Shown one piece after another: positions 9,961 through 18,665 of a stretch of DNA of 63,839 nt (position 1 is its first letter; each line of letters opens with the position of its first letter). Both the position numbers and the translations under genes were made by a program. The notes below the pieces were generated by a model, which saw nothing but the letters and a program-made list of their open reading frames with translations, did not search any database and was not told where the DNA came from. Location of the stretch: positions 1 to 63,839 of the forward strand of contig SLJO01000077.1 of the NCBI GenBank assembly GCA_007135095.1. Reading direction: 5' to 3'. This DNA is from Bacteroidales bacterium. Lineage in GTDB: Bacteria > Bacteroidota > Bacteroidia > Bacteroidales > PUMT01.

Positions 9961-12900
9961 ATGATCAGAATTCTTATATGCGCGGCCCTTCTTGTTTACC
10001 AGCCGGTCTGCGCCCAGATATCCCGTACTGACCGTACCATACACTGGCATATCAAAGACACCGGTTCGGAGGAGGAGGTGAAAAGAACTGCCATGGCGCC
10101 CGGTGAGCGTTTTCTCCGGTTTGAAAACAGTGAATCAGGCGATTCAGCTTCGCCGCTGCCCGTGTACCAGGAACTTCTTGCTGCTCCCGGGTATTACCCT
10201 GACCATTTTGTTGTGCTTGAGCAAATGGAGTTTGAAGCCCTCGACCCAGTTGAGCTTGCTGCAACAGGCAATACCGGCCGGATTGATACCAGGGTGCATC
10301 CCGAACAGGTTTGGGTCAAAAGCCGCAAAGAACCATCCCTGCAGATATCATTCAGCCCGCTCAGAAGGAATCCCCTCAACGGCACCATTGAGAAACTGAT
10401 CTCCTTTTCATACAGCTTCAAAAAAGAAGATATACCCCTTAAATCCTCCGGTGGCACTATCCAACGCAGCTATGCAGATAACTCGGTCCTCAGCAGCGGC
10501 ACCTGGGTTATGGTTAAAACAACGGAGGATGGCATTTACAGGCTCACATATAATGACCTTATTCAAATGGGGATTCAGAACCCTTCTGATGTAAGGATCT
10601 TCGGCAACGGAAACCGGATGCTTCCAAAAATGAACAATGAGCCAAGGCCCGATGATCTTATTGAGAACCGCATTTATTTCAGCATGGCAAATGACGGGGT
10701 TTTCGGGCAGGGAGACTATATACTTTTTTACGGGCAGGGACCGGTAAGCTGGAACTACAATGAGGAAACGGGCATGTTTGAGCATGAACGCCATCTGTAT
10801 TCAGACGGGAGTTATTATTTTGTCACATCCTCTCCTTCCTCAGGGGGCAGAGTAGAGACCAGGGCTCCTTTGGAACAGCCGCCAGGAATAATTGTCGAAA
10901 ATTTTGACGACTATGCCTTTCACCAGGAAAGTGCAGTGAATCTTCTTAAGTCGGGAAGGAGCTGGGTTGGCGAGCATTTCAGGGTTATAACCTCCCGCAA
11001 TTTCCAGTTCAGTTTTCCCAATATAAACAGGGACAGGAATGTCACTTTAAGCTGGAAGGCAACAGCAAGATCACCTGTTAATACATCTTTCACGGCATCC
11101 TACAACTCCGGCGTATTAAGCCAGTTGAATTTCACGGCCGTCAATATGGGAAGCAATGTGTCCCAGTTCGCCATTGAAAGACAAGGAACAGCAAGCTTCA
11201 GTCCGGCAGGCGGGGAGATAGAGCTGTCTGTGGCTTTTTCACAAAACACTGCCTCTGCTGAGGGATGGCTTGATTACCTGCTTTTAAATGCGAGGCGTTC
11301 GCTGATTATGAGCGGGAGCCAGATGCATTTCCGCGATTCTGAATCCTCCGGTACCGGGCAGGTTGCCGAATTCAGGATTGCAAACTCCCCGCCGGGCACC
11401 AGGGTATGGGATATAAGCGATCCTCTCAATGTATCCGAGGTCGGCACCAGCGTATCAGGAAATCAAGTTGTGTTTACCGCCCTGAATGATCAGCTTAATG
11501 AATACATAGCCTTTGACGGAAAAGCATATCTTGAGCCTGAAATAATCGGGAGGATACCCAATCAAAACCTTCACGGCATCGGGCCGGTTGACATGGTCAT
11601 AATAACCCACCCCCTGTTTATGACCGAGGCCGGCCGACTGGCAGATCACAGGCGAAATAACGACCGGCTGGAGGTGGTGGTAGTCACTCCCCAGGAGGTT
11701 TATAATGAATTTTCTTCGGGTAAACCAGATGTTTCCGCCTTAAGGGATTTTATGAAAATGCTCTACGACAGGGCCGCCCATGAATCTGAAATACCGCAAT
11801 ACCTGCTGCTGTTCGGAAAGGGATCTTATGACAACAGGCCGGGCGATCCTTCAGGCATTAATTTCATACCTACTTACCAGTCACCAAACTCCCTCATACC
11901 AACCCAGTCATTCATCAGTGACGATTTTTTCGGATTGCTCGATGATAACGAGGGTGAATTTAACGGTCTGGTGGATATAGGGATAGGAAGGCTGCCGGTA
12001 ACGACTCCCGGTCAGGCACAGGCGGTGGTCAATAAAATCATCAACTTTAACAGCGCGGTTAATAAGGGTGACTGGCAGAACATGCTTTGCTTTATTGGTG
12101 ATGACGGCGACAACAACATACATATGCGGGATGCAGATATCCTTGCCGAAACGGTTAAAGACAATTATCCTGCCTTTAATATCGAAAAGATATACCTGGA
12201 TGCCTGGCAAAAGGAAGGCACTGTACTGGGACAAAGGTACCCCGATGTAAATAATGCCATCGCCGAGAGAATCAGAAAGGGTGCCCTGGTAATAAACTAT
12301 ACCGGTCACGGCAATGACCTCAGACTTGCAGACGAAAACATAGTAGATATCAATGATGTTTTATCATGGACTAACATCAGCCGCCTGCCGGTATTTTTGA
12401 CCGCAACATGCGAGTTCAGCCGGTTTGACAACCCTGAAAGGGTTTCGGCAGGGGAAATGCTTCTGCTCAATCCCCGGGGGGGCAGCATAGCACTTTTTTC
12501 AACCACCAGGCTGGTTTATGCCACCCCCAATTTCTTTCTGAACCAGAACTTTTACCGCTTCATCTTTGAAAAGCAGCTTAATGGCCGCGATATGCGTCTG
12601 GGGGACGTAATGAGACTCACCAAGATCAATACCGGTTCGGGGATTAACAAAAGGAACTTTACACTGCTTGGTGATCCTTCCATGAAAATGGCCATTCCTG
12701 AACACAGGGTTGTGCTCACATCAATAAATGAAACTCCGGTTACAGAGCCAGCCGACACACTGAAGGCACTGAGTAAAATGACGATAGCAGGGAAAATTGT
12801 CAATGATCAGGGTGAAGATCTGAATGACTTTACCGGGGAGGTGCATCATACGGTCTTTGACAAGAAAGCAACCCAAACCACTCTGGGAAATGACGGCGCC

Positions 12901-13779
12901 GCCCCATTCAGCTTTGAAAGCAGGAACAACATAATCTACAAGGGTAAAGCAAGTATCAGCGGCGGCAATTTCAGTTTCAGCTTCATTGTGCCCAAAGACA
13001 TTGCCTACCATTATGGATCCGGAAAAATAAGCTCTTTTGCCACCACAGGCACCACTGATGCAGCTGGTTACTTTTACGATATCATAATTGGCGGGCATGA
13101 CCGGAATGCACCTGAAGATACTGAGGGTCCCGAAATAAAGCTTTTCATAAATGACCTGAATTTCATTTCCGGAGGACTGACCAACCAGAATCCGCTTTTA
13201 CTGGCCATTTTGACCGACAGCAGCGGAATAAATACTGTGGGCAGAGGAATCGGGCACGATATAACCCTTGTAATGAACAACGACCCTGCAAGCCTCCTTG
13301 TACTGAACGACTACTACACAGCAGATGCAGACAGCTACCAGAGCGGCACCATTGAATACCCGTTCTCAAACCTGGAAGATGGAAATTACAAATTAAACCT
13401 CAAAGCCTGGGATGTGTTCAATAATTCATCGGAAGCTTCATTGGAATTTACCGTCAGCGAGTCGGCCGAGCTTGCCCTGAAGCATGTTTTTAATTATCCG
13501 AATCCCTTCACCCGGCATACTGCGTTTCATTTTGAACATAACCAGCCTTCTACAGGCATGGATGTCCTTATCCAGGTATTCACTGTTACGGGCAGGCTTG
13601 TAAAAACTATTGATACATCAATCAATACGCCTGGATTCAGGCCCGATCCCATCCCGTGGGACGGGCTTGATGATTATGGCGACAGGATAGGCAGGGGGGT
13701 ATACATATACCGGATCAGGCTGAGAACAGAAAACGGACAAACAGCAGAAAAATACGAGAAGCTGGTCATACTAAAATAA
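9961..13779 (+). CDS. porU: Type IX secretion system sortase PorU (C25 gingipain-like)
   Basis: SVLSSGTW, YNEFSSG, SDDFFGLLD, IGRLP, YTGHG (His) and TATCEF (Cys) dyad, LLGDP, and C-terminal T9SS domain (NYPNPF...GVYIYR...EKLVILK); directly upstream of porV. Confidence 0.95.
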   Translation: MIRILICAALLVYQPVCAQISRTDRTIHWHIKDTGSEEEVKRTAMAPGERFLRFENSESGDSASPLPVYQELLAAPGYYPDHFVVLEQMEFEALDPVELAATGNTGRIDTRVHPEQVWVKSRKEPSLQISFSPLRRNPLNGTIEKLISFSYSFKKEDIPLKSSGGTIQRSYADNSVLSSGTWVMVKTTEDGIYRLTYNDLIQMGIQNPSDVRIFGNGNRMLPKMNNEPRPDDLIENRIYFSMANDGVFGQGDYILFYGQGPVSWNYNEETGMFEHERHLYSDGSYYFVTSSPSSGGRVETRAPLEQPPGIIVENFDDYAFHQESAVNLLKSGRSWVGEHFRVITSRNFQFSFPNINRDRNVTLSWKATARSPVNTSFTASYNSGVLSQLNFTAVNMGSNVSQFAIERQGTASFSPAGGEIELSVAFSQNTASAEGWLDYLLLNARRSLIMSGSQMHFRDSESSGTGQVAEFRIANSPPGTRVWDISDPLNVSEVGTSVSGNQVVFTALNDQLNEYIAFDGKAYLEPEIIGRIPNQNLHGIGPVDMVIITHPLFMTEAGRLADHRRNNDRLEVVVVTPQEVYNEFSSGKPDVSALRDFMKMLYDRAAHESEIPQYLLLFGKGSYDNRPGDPSGINFIPTYQSPNSLIPTQSFISDDFFGLLDDNEGEFNGLVDIGIGRLPVTTPGQAQAVVNKIINFNSAVNKGDWQNMLCFIGDDGDNNIHMRDADILAETVKDNYPAFNIEKIYLDAWQKEGTVLGQRYPDVNNAIAERIRKGALVINYTGHGNDLRLADENIVDINDVLSWTNISRLPVFLTATCEFSRFDNPERVSAGEMLLLNPRGGSIALFSTTRLVYATPNFFLNQNFYRFIFEKQLNGRDMRLGDVMRLTKINTGSGINKRNFTLLGDPSMKMAIPEHRVVLTSINETPVTEPADTLKALSKMTIAGKIVNDQGEDLNDFTGEVHHTVFDKKATQTTLGNDGAAPFSFESRNNIIYKGKASISGGNFSFSFIVPKDIAYHYGSGKISSFATTGTTDAAGYFYDIIIGGHDRNAPEDTEGPEIKLFINDLNFISGGLTNQNPLLLAILTDSSGINTVGRGIGHDITLVMNNDPASLLVLNDYYTADADSYQSGTIEYPFSNLEDGNYKLNLKAWDVFNNSSEASLEFTVSESAELALKHVFNYPNPFTRHTAFHFEHNQPSTGMDVLIQVFTVTGRLVKTIDTSINTPGFRPDPIPWDGLDDYGDRIGRGVYIYRIRLRTENGQTAEKYEKLVILK

Positions 13780-13873
13780 CATTTTTTTAAGTTTAAAGTT
13801 ATAACTGTTAAAGAATGCTAAAACCGGGGCAAAAGTATCTATCGTCCGATGCTGTCATTTTGGCCTATTGTTT

Positions 13874-13881
13874 TATTTTTG
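13874..13881 (+). promoter_or_regulatory. Possible -7 promoter element (TATTTTTG) for porV
   Basis: TAnnTTTG match ~90 bp upstream of porV, in AT-rich sequence where chance matches are likely. Confidence 0.35.
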
Positions 13882-13969
13882 CAAATATTTACCTTTATAT
13901 ATAATATATTACTGCCTCATATATCCCTAATATACCGATAATACTATTTGCTAACTATAATTCACACGA

Positions 13970-15175
13970 ATGAGTCCGAAATCTTTTGTAGTTTATTTAC
14001 CTGTAATACTGTATGCTTTATTCGCAAACCCTCTTGCCGCGCAGGATCTCACCCCCTACGAACTGGGCGGGCAAATTAATGTGGTGCATGTAGCAGTTCC
14101 CTTTTTAACAGTTGCACCCGACTCAAGAGCTGCTGCCATGGGAGATGCCGGGATAGCCACCACGCCCGATGTCTACTCCATGCACTGGAATCCCGCCAAG
14201 TTTGCTTTCATTGAAAATGATTTCGGAGTTGCATTTTCATACACCCCATGGCTGAGAAATATTATAGAAGATATCAACCTTGCATATCTTGCAGGCTATA
14301 AAAGGCTGGACAACTATCAGGTCATCAGTGCTTCACTCACCTACTTTTCGCTCGGAGAGATCATCTTTACCAATATGGCTGGTGAGTATGACGGCCAGCA
14401 CACGCCAAACGAATTTGCACTGGATGCATCCTATGCCAGGATGTTTTCCGATAATTTCAGCGGGGGACTTGCCTTCAGGTACATAAGGTCAGATCTGACC
14501 GGGGGCACTTTTGTACACGGAGTTGCTTCCAAAGCCGCACAGGCAATTGCAGCTGATGTTTCAGTTTTTTACCGCAACGATATTACCGTTTCCGATATAC
14601 CCTCGCAGCTGGGTCTGGGTTTGAATATCTCGAATATTGGAAATAAAATCAGCTATTCAGATAACCAGAATGCACAGTTCATACCAATTAACCTGGGCCT
14701 GGGCAGCTCACTGACCCTCGATTTGGACCCGTATAACAGCCTGACCTTTGCAATGGACCTGAACAAACTCCTCGTACCGACACCTCCGGTCTATCATCCG
14801 GAACTTGAAGATGAAGCCGGCAATCCCGTGATACGTGCAGGCCGCAACCCTGATGTGTCGGTGCCAATGGGCATGTTGCAGTCTTTCTATGATGCACCCG
14901 GAGGGTTCAGGGAGGAAATGAGGGAAATATTTTATTCCGTTGGCATGGAATACTGGTACATGGACCAGTTTGCTCTCAGGGGAGGATATTACCATGAACA
15001 TGAAACCAAGGGCAACCGGAAATACTTCACAACAGGAATAGGACTTAAACTAAATGTGTTTGCACTTGACATTGCATATCTTGTGCCCGTGCAAAGCACC
15101 AATCCGCTGGCAAACACCCTTAGATTCTCCCTGGCATTTGATTTTGACGGCCTCAGAAGAAGCAGCAGTGACTGA
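13970..15175 (+). CDS. porV: T9SS outer-membrane shuttle PorV
   Basis: VPFL.VAPDSRAAAMGD.G, WNPAKFAF, SYTPWL, KLLVPTPP, GNRKYFT.G, PLANTLRFSL.F. Confidence 0.95.
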   Translation: MSPKSFVVYLPVILYALFANPLAAQDLTPYELGGQINVVHVAVPFLTVAPDSRAAAMGDAGIATTPDVYSMHWNPAKFAFIENDFGVAFSYTPWLRNIIEDINLAYLAGYKRLDNYQVISASLTYFSLGEIIFTNMAGEYDGQHTPNEFALDASYARMFSDNFSGGLAFRYIRSDLTGGTFVHGVASKAAQAIAADVSVFYRNDITVSDIPSQLGLGLNISNIGNKISYSDNQNAQFIPINLGLGSSLTLDLDPYNSLTFAMDLNKLLVPTPPVYHPELEDEAGNPVIRAGRNPDVSVPMGMLQSFYDAPGGFREEMREIFYSVGMEYWYMDQFALRGGYYHEHETKGNRKYFTTGIGLKLNVFALDIAYLVPVQSTNPLANTLRFSLAFDFDGLRRSSSD

Positions 15176-15281
15176 TCACTCTGACCCTGATAAACCGCAT
15201 GCACTTTAAGGATGAATCCCCATGATACTGAGTACCACAAAAATATCCATCAGACCAACTGATTAAATTTAATATTTACGC

Positions 15282-15761
15282 ATGAAGATACGCACTGGTA
15301 TTGGCTTTGATGTTCATCAGCTTGCGGGGAACGAAAAGCTGATACTGGGAGGCATAGAAATTCCGCACAATAAAGGATGTGTTGCCCATTCCGATGGTGA
15401 TGTTCTTATTCACGCAATTTGCGATGCCCTGCTTGGTGCACTGGGACTGGGAGATATAGGAGCCCACTTCCCCGATACGGACATGAGATACAAGGATATC
15501 GCAAGCACCAGACTGCTTGCCGAAGTAAATAAGCTCATTACAGGGAAAGGCTTTTCAATATGTAATATTGATTCCGTAATCTGCCTTCAGCAGCCCAAAC
15601 TCAGGGAATACATTTCATCCATACAAAGCAGTATCGCCGGTGTTCTGGAAATTGATCCCGGGGATGTCTCGGTTAAAGCCACCACCACCGAAAAGCTTGG
15701 GTATGTTGGACGGGAGGAGGGTATTGCGGCCCATGCAGTTGTCCTGCTGTTAAAGAAATAG
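15282..15761 (+). CDS. ispF: 2-C-methyl-D-erythritol 2,4-cyclodiphosphate synthase
   Basis: G.GFDVH, HSDGDV..HA..DALLGA, DIG.HFPD, VKATTTEKLG. Confidence 0.97.
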   Translation: MKIRTGIGFDVHQLAGNEKLILGGIEIPHNKGCVAHSDGDVLIHAICDALLGALGLGDIGAHFPDTDMRYKDIASTRLLAEVNKLITGKGFSICNIDSVICLQQPKLREYISSIQSSIAGVLEIDPGDVSVKATTTEKLGYVGREEGIAAHAVVLLLKK

Positions 15762-15766
15762 AATCC

Positions 15767-15904
15767 CGTCTCTGCCCGCTAACCCCCCTTGTAAAGCCAC
15801 CACCACCGAAAAGCTTGGGCATGCCGGCGTCTCTGCCCGCTAACCCCCTTGTAAAGCCACCACCACCCAAAAGCTCGGGCATGCCGGCGTCTCTGTCCGC
15901 TAAC
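15767..15904 (+). repeat. Tandem repeat, ~2.3 copies of a 60-61 bp unit containing a copy of ispF coding sequence
   Basis: Units start at 15767, 15828 and 15888 (cgtctctg.ccgctaac...). 15792-15819 is identical to ispF 15674-15701; 15852-15879 has 2 mismatches. Confidence 0.92.
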
Positions 15905-15941
15905 TCCCGGTTGCAATGATATTCCAAAAACCGGTGAGTTG

Positions 15942-16307
15942 TCAGTAATTTCCGGAGTTCAGCATAATAAGCGTACAGTCCTCGAGCACCTCAATACCCT
16001 CTATTTCTGCCATTTTCATAAACTCTGTATTAGCGGTGCCGGGATTGAAGATTATCCTTTTGGGATGCAGGGAAAGCAGCCAGGAATAATAATCCTTTTG
16101 CCTGGCCGGACCGATATACATGGTTATGGTATGAATATCATCAATTTCGGGGCGGTCTTTAATTATTTCGATCCCTCCTATTTCTCCTTTCCTTATACCC
16201 ACGGGTATAACAGGAATATCGTGCCTCTGAAGGCTTTTTACTGCCTTATAGGAAAACCTGACAGGATTGGGGCTTGCTCCAAGGACAAGTGTTTTTTTTG
16301 CTGCCAT
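15942..16307 (-). CDS. CoA-binding protein (YccU-like, CoA_binding_2)
   Basis: TLVLGASPNP.R.SY, TITMYIGP, PKRIIFNPG, CTLIML. Confidence 0.88.
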   Translation of the reverse strand: MAAKKTLVLGASPNPVRFSYKAVKSLQRHDIPVIPVGIRKGEIGGIEIIKDRPEIDDIHTITMYIGPARQKDYYSWLLSLHPKRIIFNPGTANTEFMKMAEIEGIEVLEDCTLIMLNSGNY

Positions 16308-16521
16308 ATAAAAATTTGGTGTTAAACTATTGTATGCTTGATCAGTTGTATTATCATTCGTTCGATTTTACATGCAATTTTATATTCTTTTGGCAATATT
16401 TATTCGATGTAAAATTCATACTGCCTTCATTCATGCATGTACGGGCTGTTATTCCGGCAGCAAGGTAAAATACCAGACGAAATTACGCTTTTTTTCTTTA
16501 AAATGGCAATGCCTCCATGTG

Positions 16522-17313
16522 CTACTCATTTGCAGGCTTTCCTATGGTAGCAAGTATCCCTCCGTCGACATACAAGATATGTCCGTTAACAAAATCAGAA
16601 GCCGCTGAGGCCAGAAATATTGCTGCTCCCTGCAATTCCCCGGGACTGCCCCACCGGCCGGCTGGAGTCCGGTTCACAATGAAATCATTGAACGGATGCC
16701 CTTTAACGCGGATTGGCGCTGTTTGTGAAGTTGCAAAATAACCGGGGCCGATACCATTAGCCTGGATGTTATATCTGGCCCACTCGGTTGCCATATTGCG
16801 TGTAAGCATTTTAAGGCCTCCCTTTGCGGCAGCATAGGCTGATACAGTGTCTCTTCCAAGCTCACTCATCATGGAACAGATATTTATTATTTTGCCGCCT
16901 GTTTTACGTTCTGCCATACTGCGGGCAACCTTCTGGCTCACAATGAAGGGTCCTGTAAGGTCAATATCAATCACTTCACGAAAATCTTCCACCTCCATTT
17001 CAAGCATCGGAACACGTTTAATGATACCTGCGTTGTTAACCAGGATATCTACAGGTGCAACCTCCAGCTCTATTTGTTTTAGTTTTTCATGTACCATATT
17101 TTTATCAGTAACATCAAAAACATACCCGTGAGCCGTTATGCCCCGGGACAAGTATTGGTCCACGGCCCCGGCAACCTTCTCTTTTGATCTGCCGTTGAAT
17201 ACAATCCGGGCACCCGCATTAGCCAGTCCCTCGGCTATGGCCATCCCCAGCCCATGAGTGCCACCGGTAACCAGGGCCGTTTTTCCGGTAAGATCAAATA
17301 ATCTTAATGACAT
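16522..17313 (-). CDS. Gluconate 5-dehydrogenase / 2-dehydro-3-deoxy-D-gluconate 5-dehydrogenase (SDR, KduD/IdnO-like)
   Basis: TGGTHGLG, NNAG, YAAAK, MMSELGR, GHILYVDGG; directly downstream of kduI. Start reassigned to the ATG of MSLRLFDL. Confidence 0.9.
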   Translation of the reverse strand: MSLRLFDLTGKTALVTGGTHGLGMAIAEGLANAGARIVFNGRSKEKVAGAVDQYLSRGITAHGYVFDVTDKNMVHEKLKQIELEVAPVDILVNNAGIIKRVPMLEMEVEDFREVIDIDLTGPFIVSQKVARSMAERKTGGKIINICSMMSELGRDTVSAYAAAKGGLKMLTRNMATEWARYNIQANGIGPGYFATSQTAPIRVKGHPFNDFIVNRTPAGRWGSPGELQGAAIFLASAASDFVNGHILYVDGGILATIGKPANE

Positions 17314-17368
17314 AATTTTTGTGATATATTGTGCGTGACTGTCAACCGGCACTTGTGAGTGCTGATAA

Positions 17369-18211
17369 TTACCTCAGATCACGGATGCCGGATTTGTCCA
17401 TATCTGCATAATCCAGGTTCTCGCCGGCCATACCCCAGATAAAAATATAGTTTGAAGTGCCGGCGGCAGCATGGATGGACCATTGCGGAGACAATACGGC
17501 TTCGTGATTTTTTATCCAGATGTGCCGGGTTTCATCCGGCTGGCCCATCAGGTGACATATAGCCTGGTCATCGGGAACATCAAAATAAAAATATGCTTCC
17601 ATCCTGCGTGAATGCACATGGGGAGGCATGGTGTTCCAGACGCTTCCGGGCTCAAGGATTGTCATGCCCATTTGCAGCTGACAGGTAGGCACCAGCTCAT
17701 TTACAATAAGCTTATTGATGGTACGGGCATTGGAAGCCTCCAGCGACCCCATCGCCATCTGTCGGGCATCGGCCAGGGTAACCATCTTATCGGGATAACC
17801 CGTGTGGGCCGGGGCGCTGTTGAAATAAAAAAAGGCAGGAGAGGCACCGTCCAGGCTTTCAAAAGAAACCTTTTTATCTCCCATGCCAATATACAGAGCC
17901 TCCTTGTTCTCGAGTTTGTAAACCGTTCCATCAACTGTCACTTTTCCTGCTCCTCCGACATTAATAATACCGAGTTCGCGGCGGTGAAGGAAAAAGTCCG
18001 CTTTTACAGGATCAATGGTTTCAAGCTGCATAACCTTTTTCACCGGTACGGTGCCACCAACAATGAAACGATCATACATGGAATAGACCATGTTGATCTC
18101 ATCTTTGACCAGGAAATTATCAATCAGGAATTCCTCCCTGATCCGTTGGGTGTCATATGCGACAAAATCCCGGGGATGAGTCGCGTAGCGTATCTGGTAG
18201 TTGATTGCCAT
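17369..18211 (-). CDS. kduI: 5-dehydro-4-deoxy-D-glucuronate isomerase
   Basis: RRELGIINVGG, CQLQMG.T, WNTMPPHVHSRRME.YFYF, ETRH, WGMAGEN. Confidence 0.96.
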   Translation of the reverse strand: MAINYQIRYATHPRDFVAYDTQRIREEFLIDNFLVKDEINMVYSMYDRFIVGGTVPVKKVMQLETIDPVKADFFLHRRELGIINVGGAGKVTVDGTVYKLENKEALYIGMGDKKVSFESLDGASPAFFYFNSAPAHTGYPDKMVTLADARQMAMGSLEASNARTINKLIVNELVPTCQLQMGMTILEPGSVWNTMPPHVHSRRMEAYFYFDVPDDQAICHLMGQPDETRHIWIKNHEAVLSPQWSIHAAAGTSNYIFIWGMAGENLDYADMDKSGIRDLR

Positions 18212-18257
18212 AAATGGATTTATTTTTGAAATTTCAATAAAGTCATATCATGCCATT

Positions 18258-18653
18258 TTACTGTTTCACAAAAACAGCGGTACAGTCATTCCCATCGATC
18301 CTATACTTCCAATTAATCCTCCGCATATTAGAGGTTGCGGCCCCTGACCCGGAAATACGAAATGTCCCTCCCCTGGCCTGGACCGACTGAAAGGGAATAG
18401 TCAGATCAAGCCCCATAACCTCTGCAACAACCTCAATATCCATATCCAGATTCGAAAAATTACTTATTATTATGCTTTCCCTGTCCGGGGAATAATTTAT
18501 TGCCACTGAAAAAACCTGCTCACCAAAGGCACTGCTTTTCTCCGTCGCATTCCATTCTCCTTCCAGACTTGCCGGGCCGAAAACATCATCCTCGCACGAG
18601 GCAATGGCCAGGACCATAATAAATAACAAGGGGAGAAGCCGGTTCCTGCGCAT
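18258..18653 (-). CDS. Hypothetical lipoprotein (small beta-rich domain)
   Basis: Lipoprotein signal LAIASC followed by acidic EDD; GEW motif; co-oriented with a 12-bp gap after hutU. Confidence 0.7.
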   Translation of the reverse strand: MRRNRLLPLLFIMVLAIASCEDDVFGPASLEGEWNATEKSSAFGEQVFSVAINYSPDRESIIISNFSNLDMDIEVVAEVMGLDLTIPFQSVQARGGTFRISGSGAATSNMRRINWKYRIDGNDCTAVFVKQ

Positions 18654-18665
18654 AAATGTAAAATA

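Noticed and set aside
15767-15904. Possible mini-CRISPR array with a self-targeting spacer
   Set aside because: The would-be spacers are near-identical to each other, there are under three repeats and no cas genes; it is a tandem duplication.
15673-15927. 84-aa minus-strand ORF with repeated RDAGMP..GGGGFTRG
   Set aside because: It is just the translation of the DNA repeat and overlaps ispF antisense.
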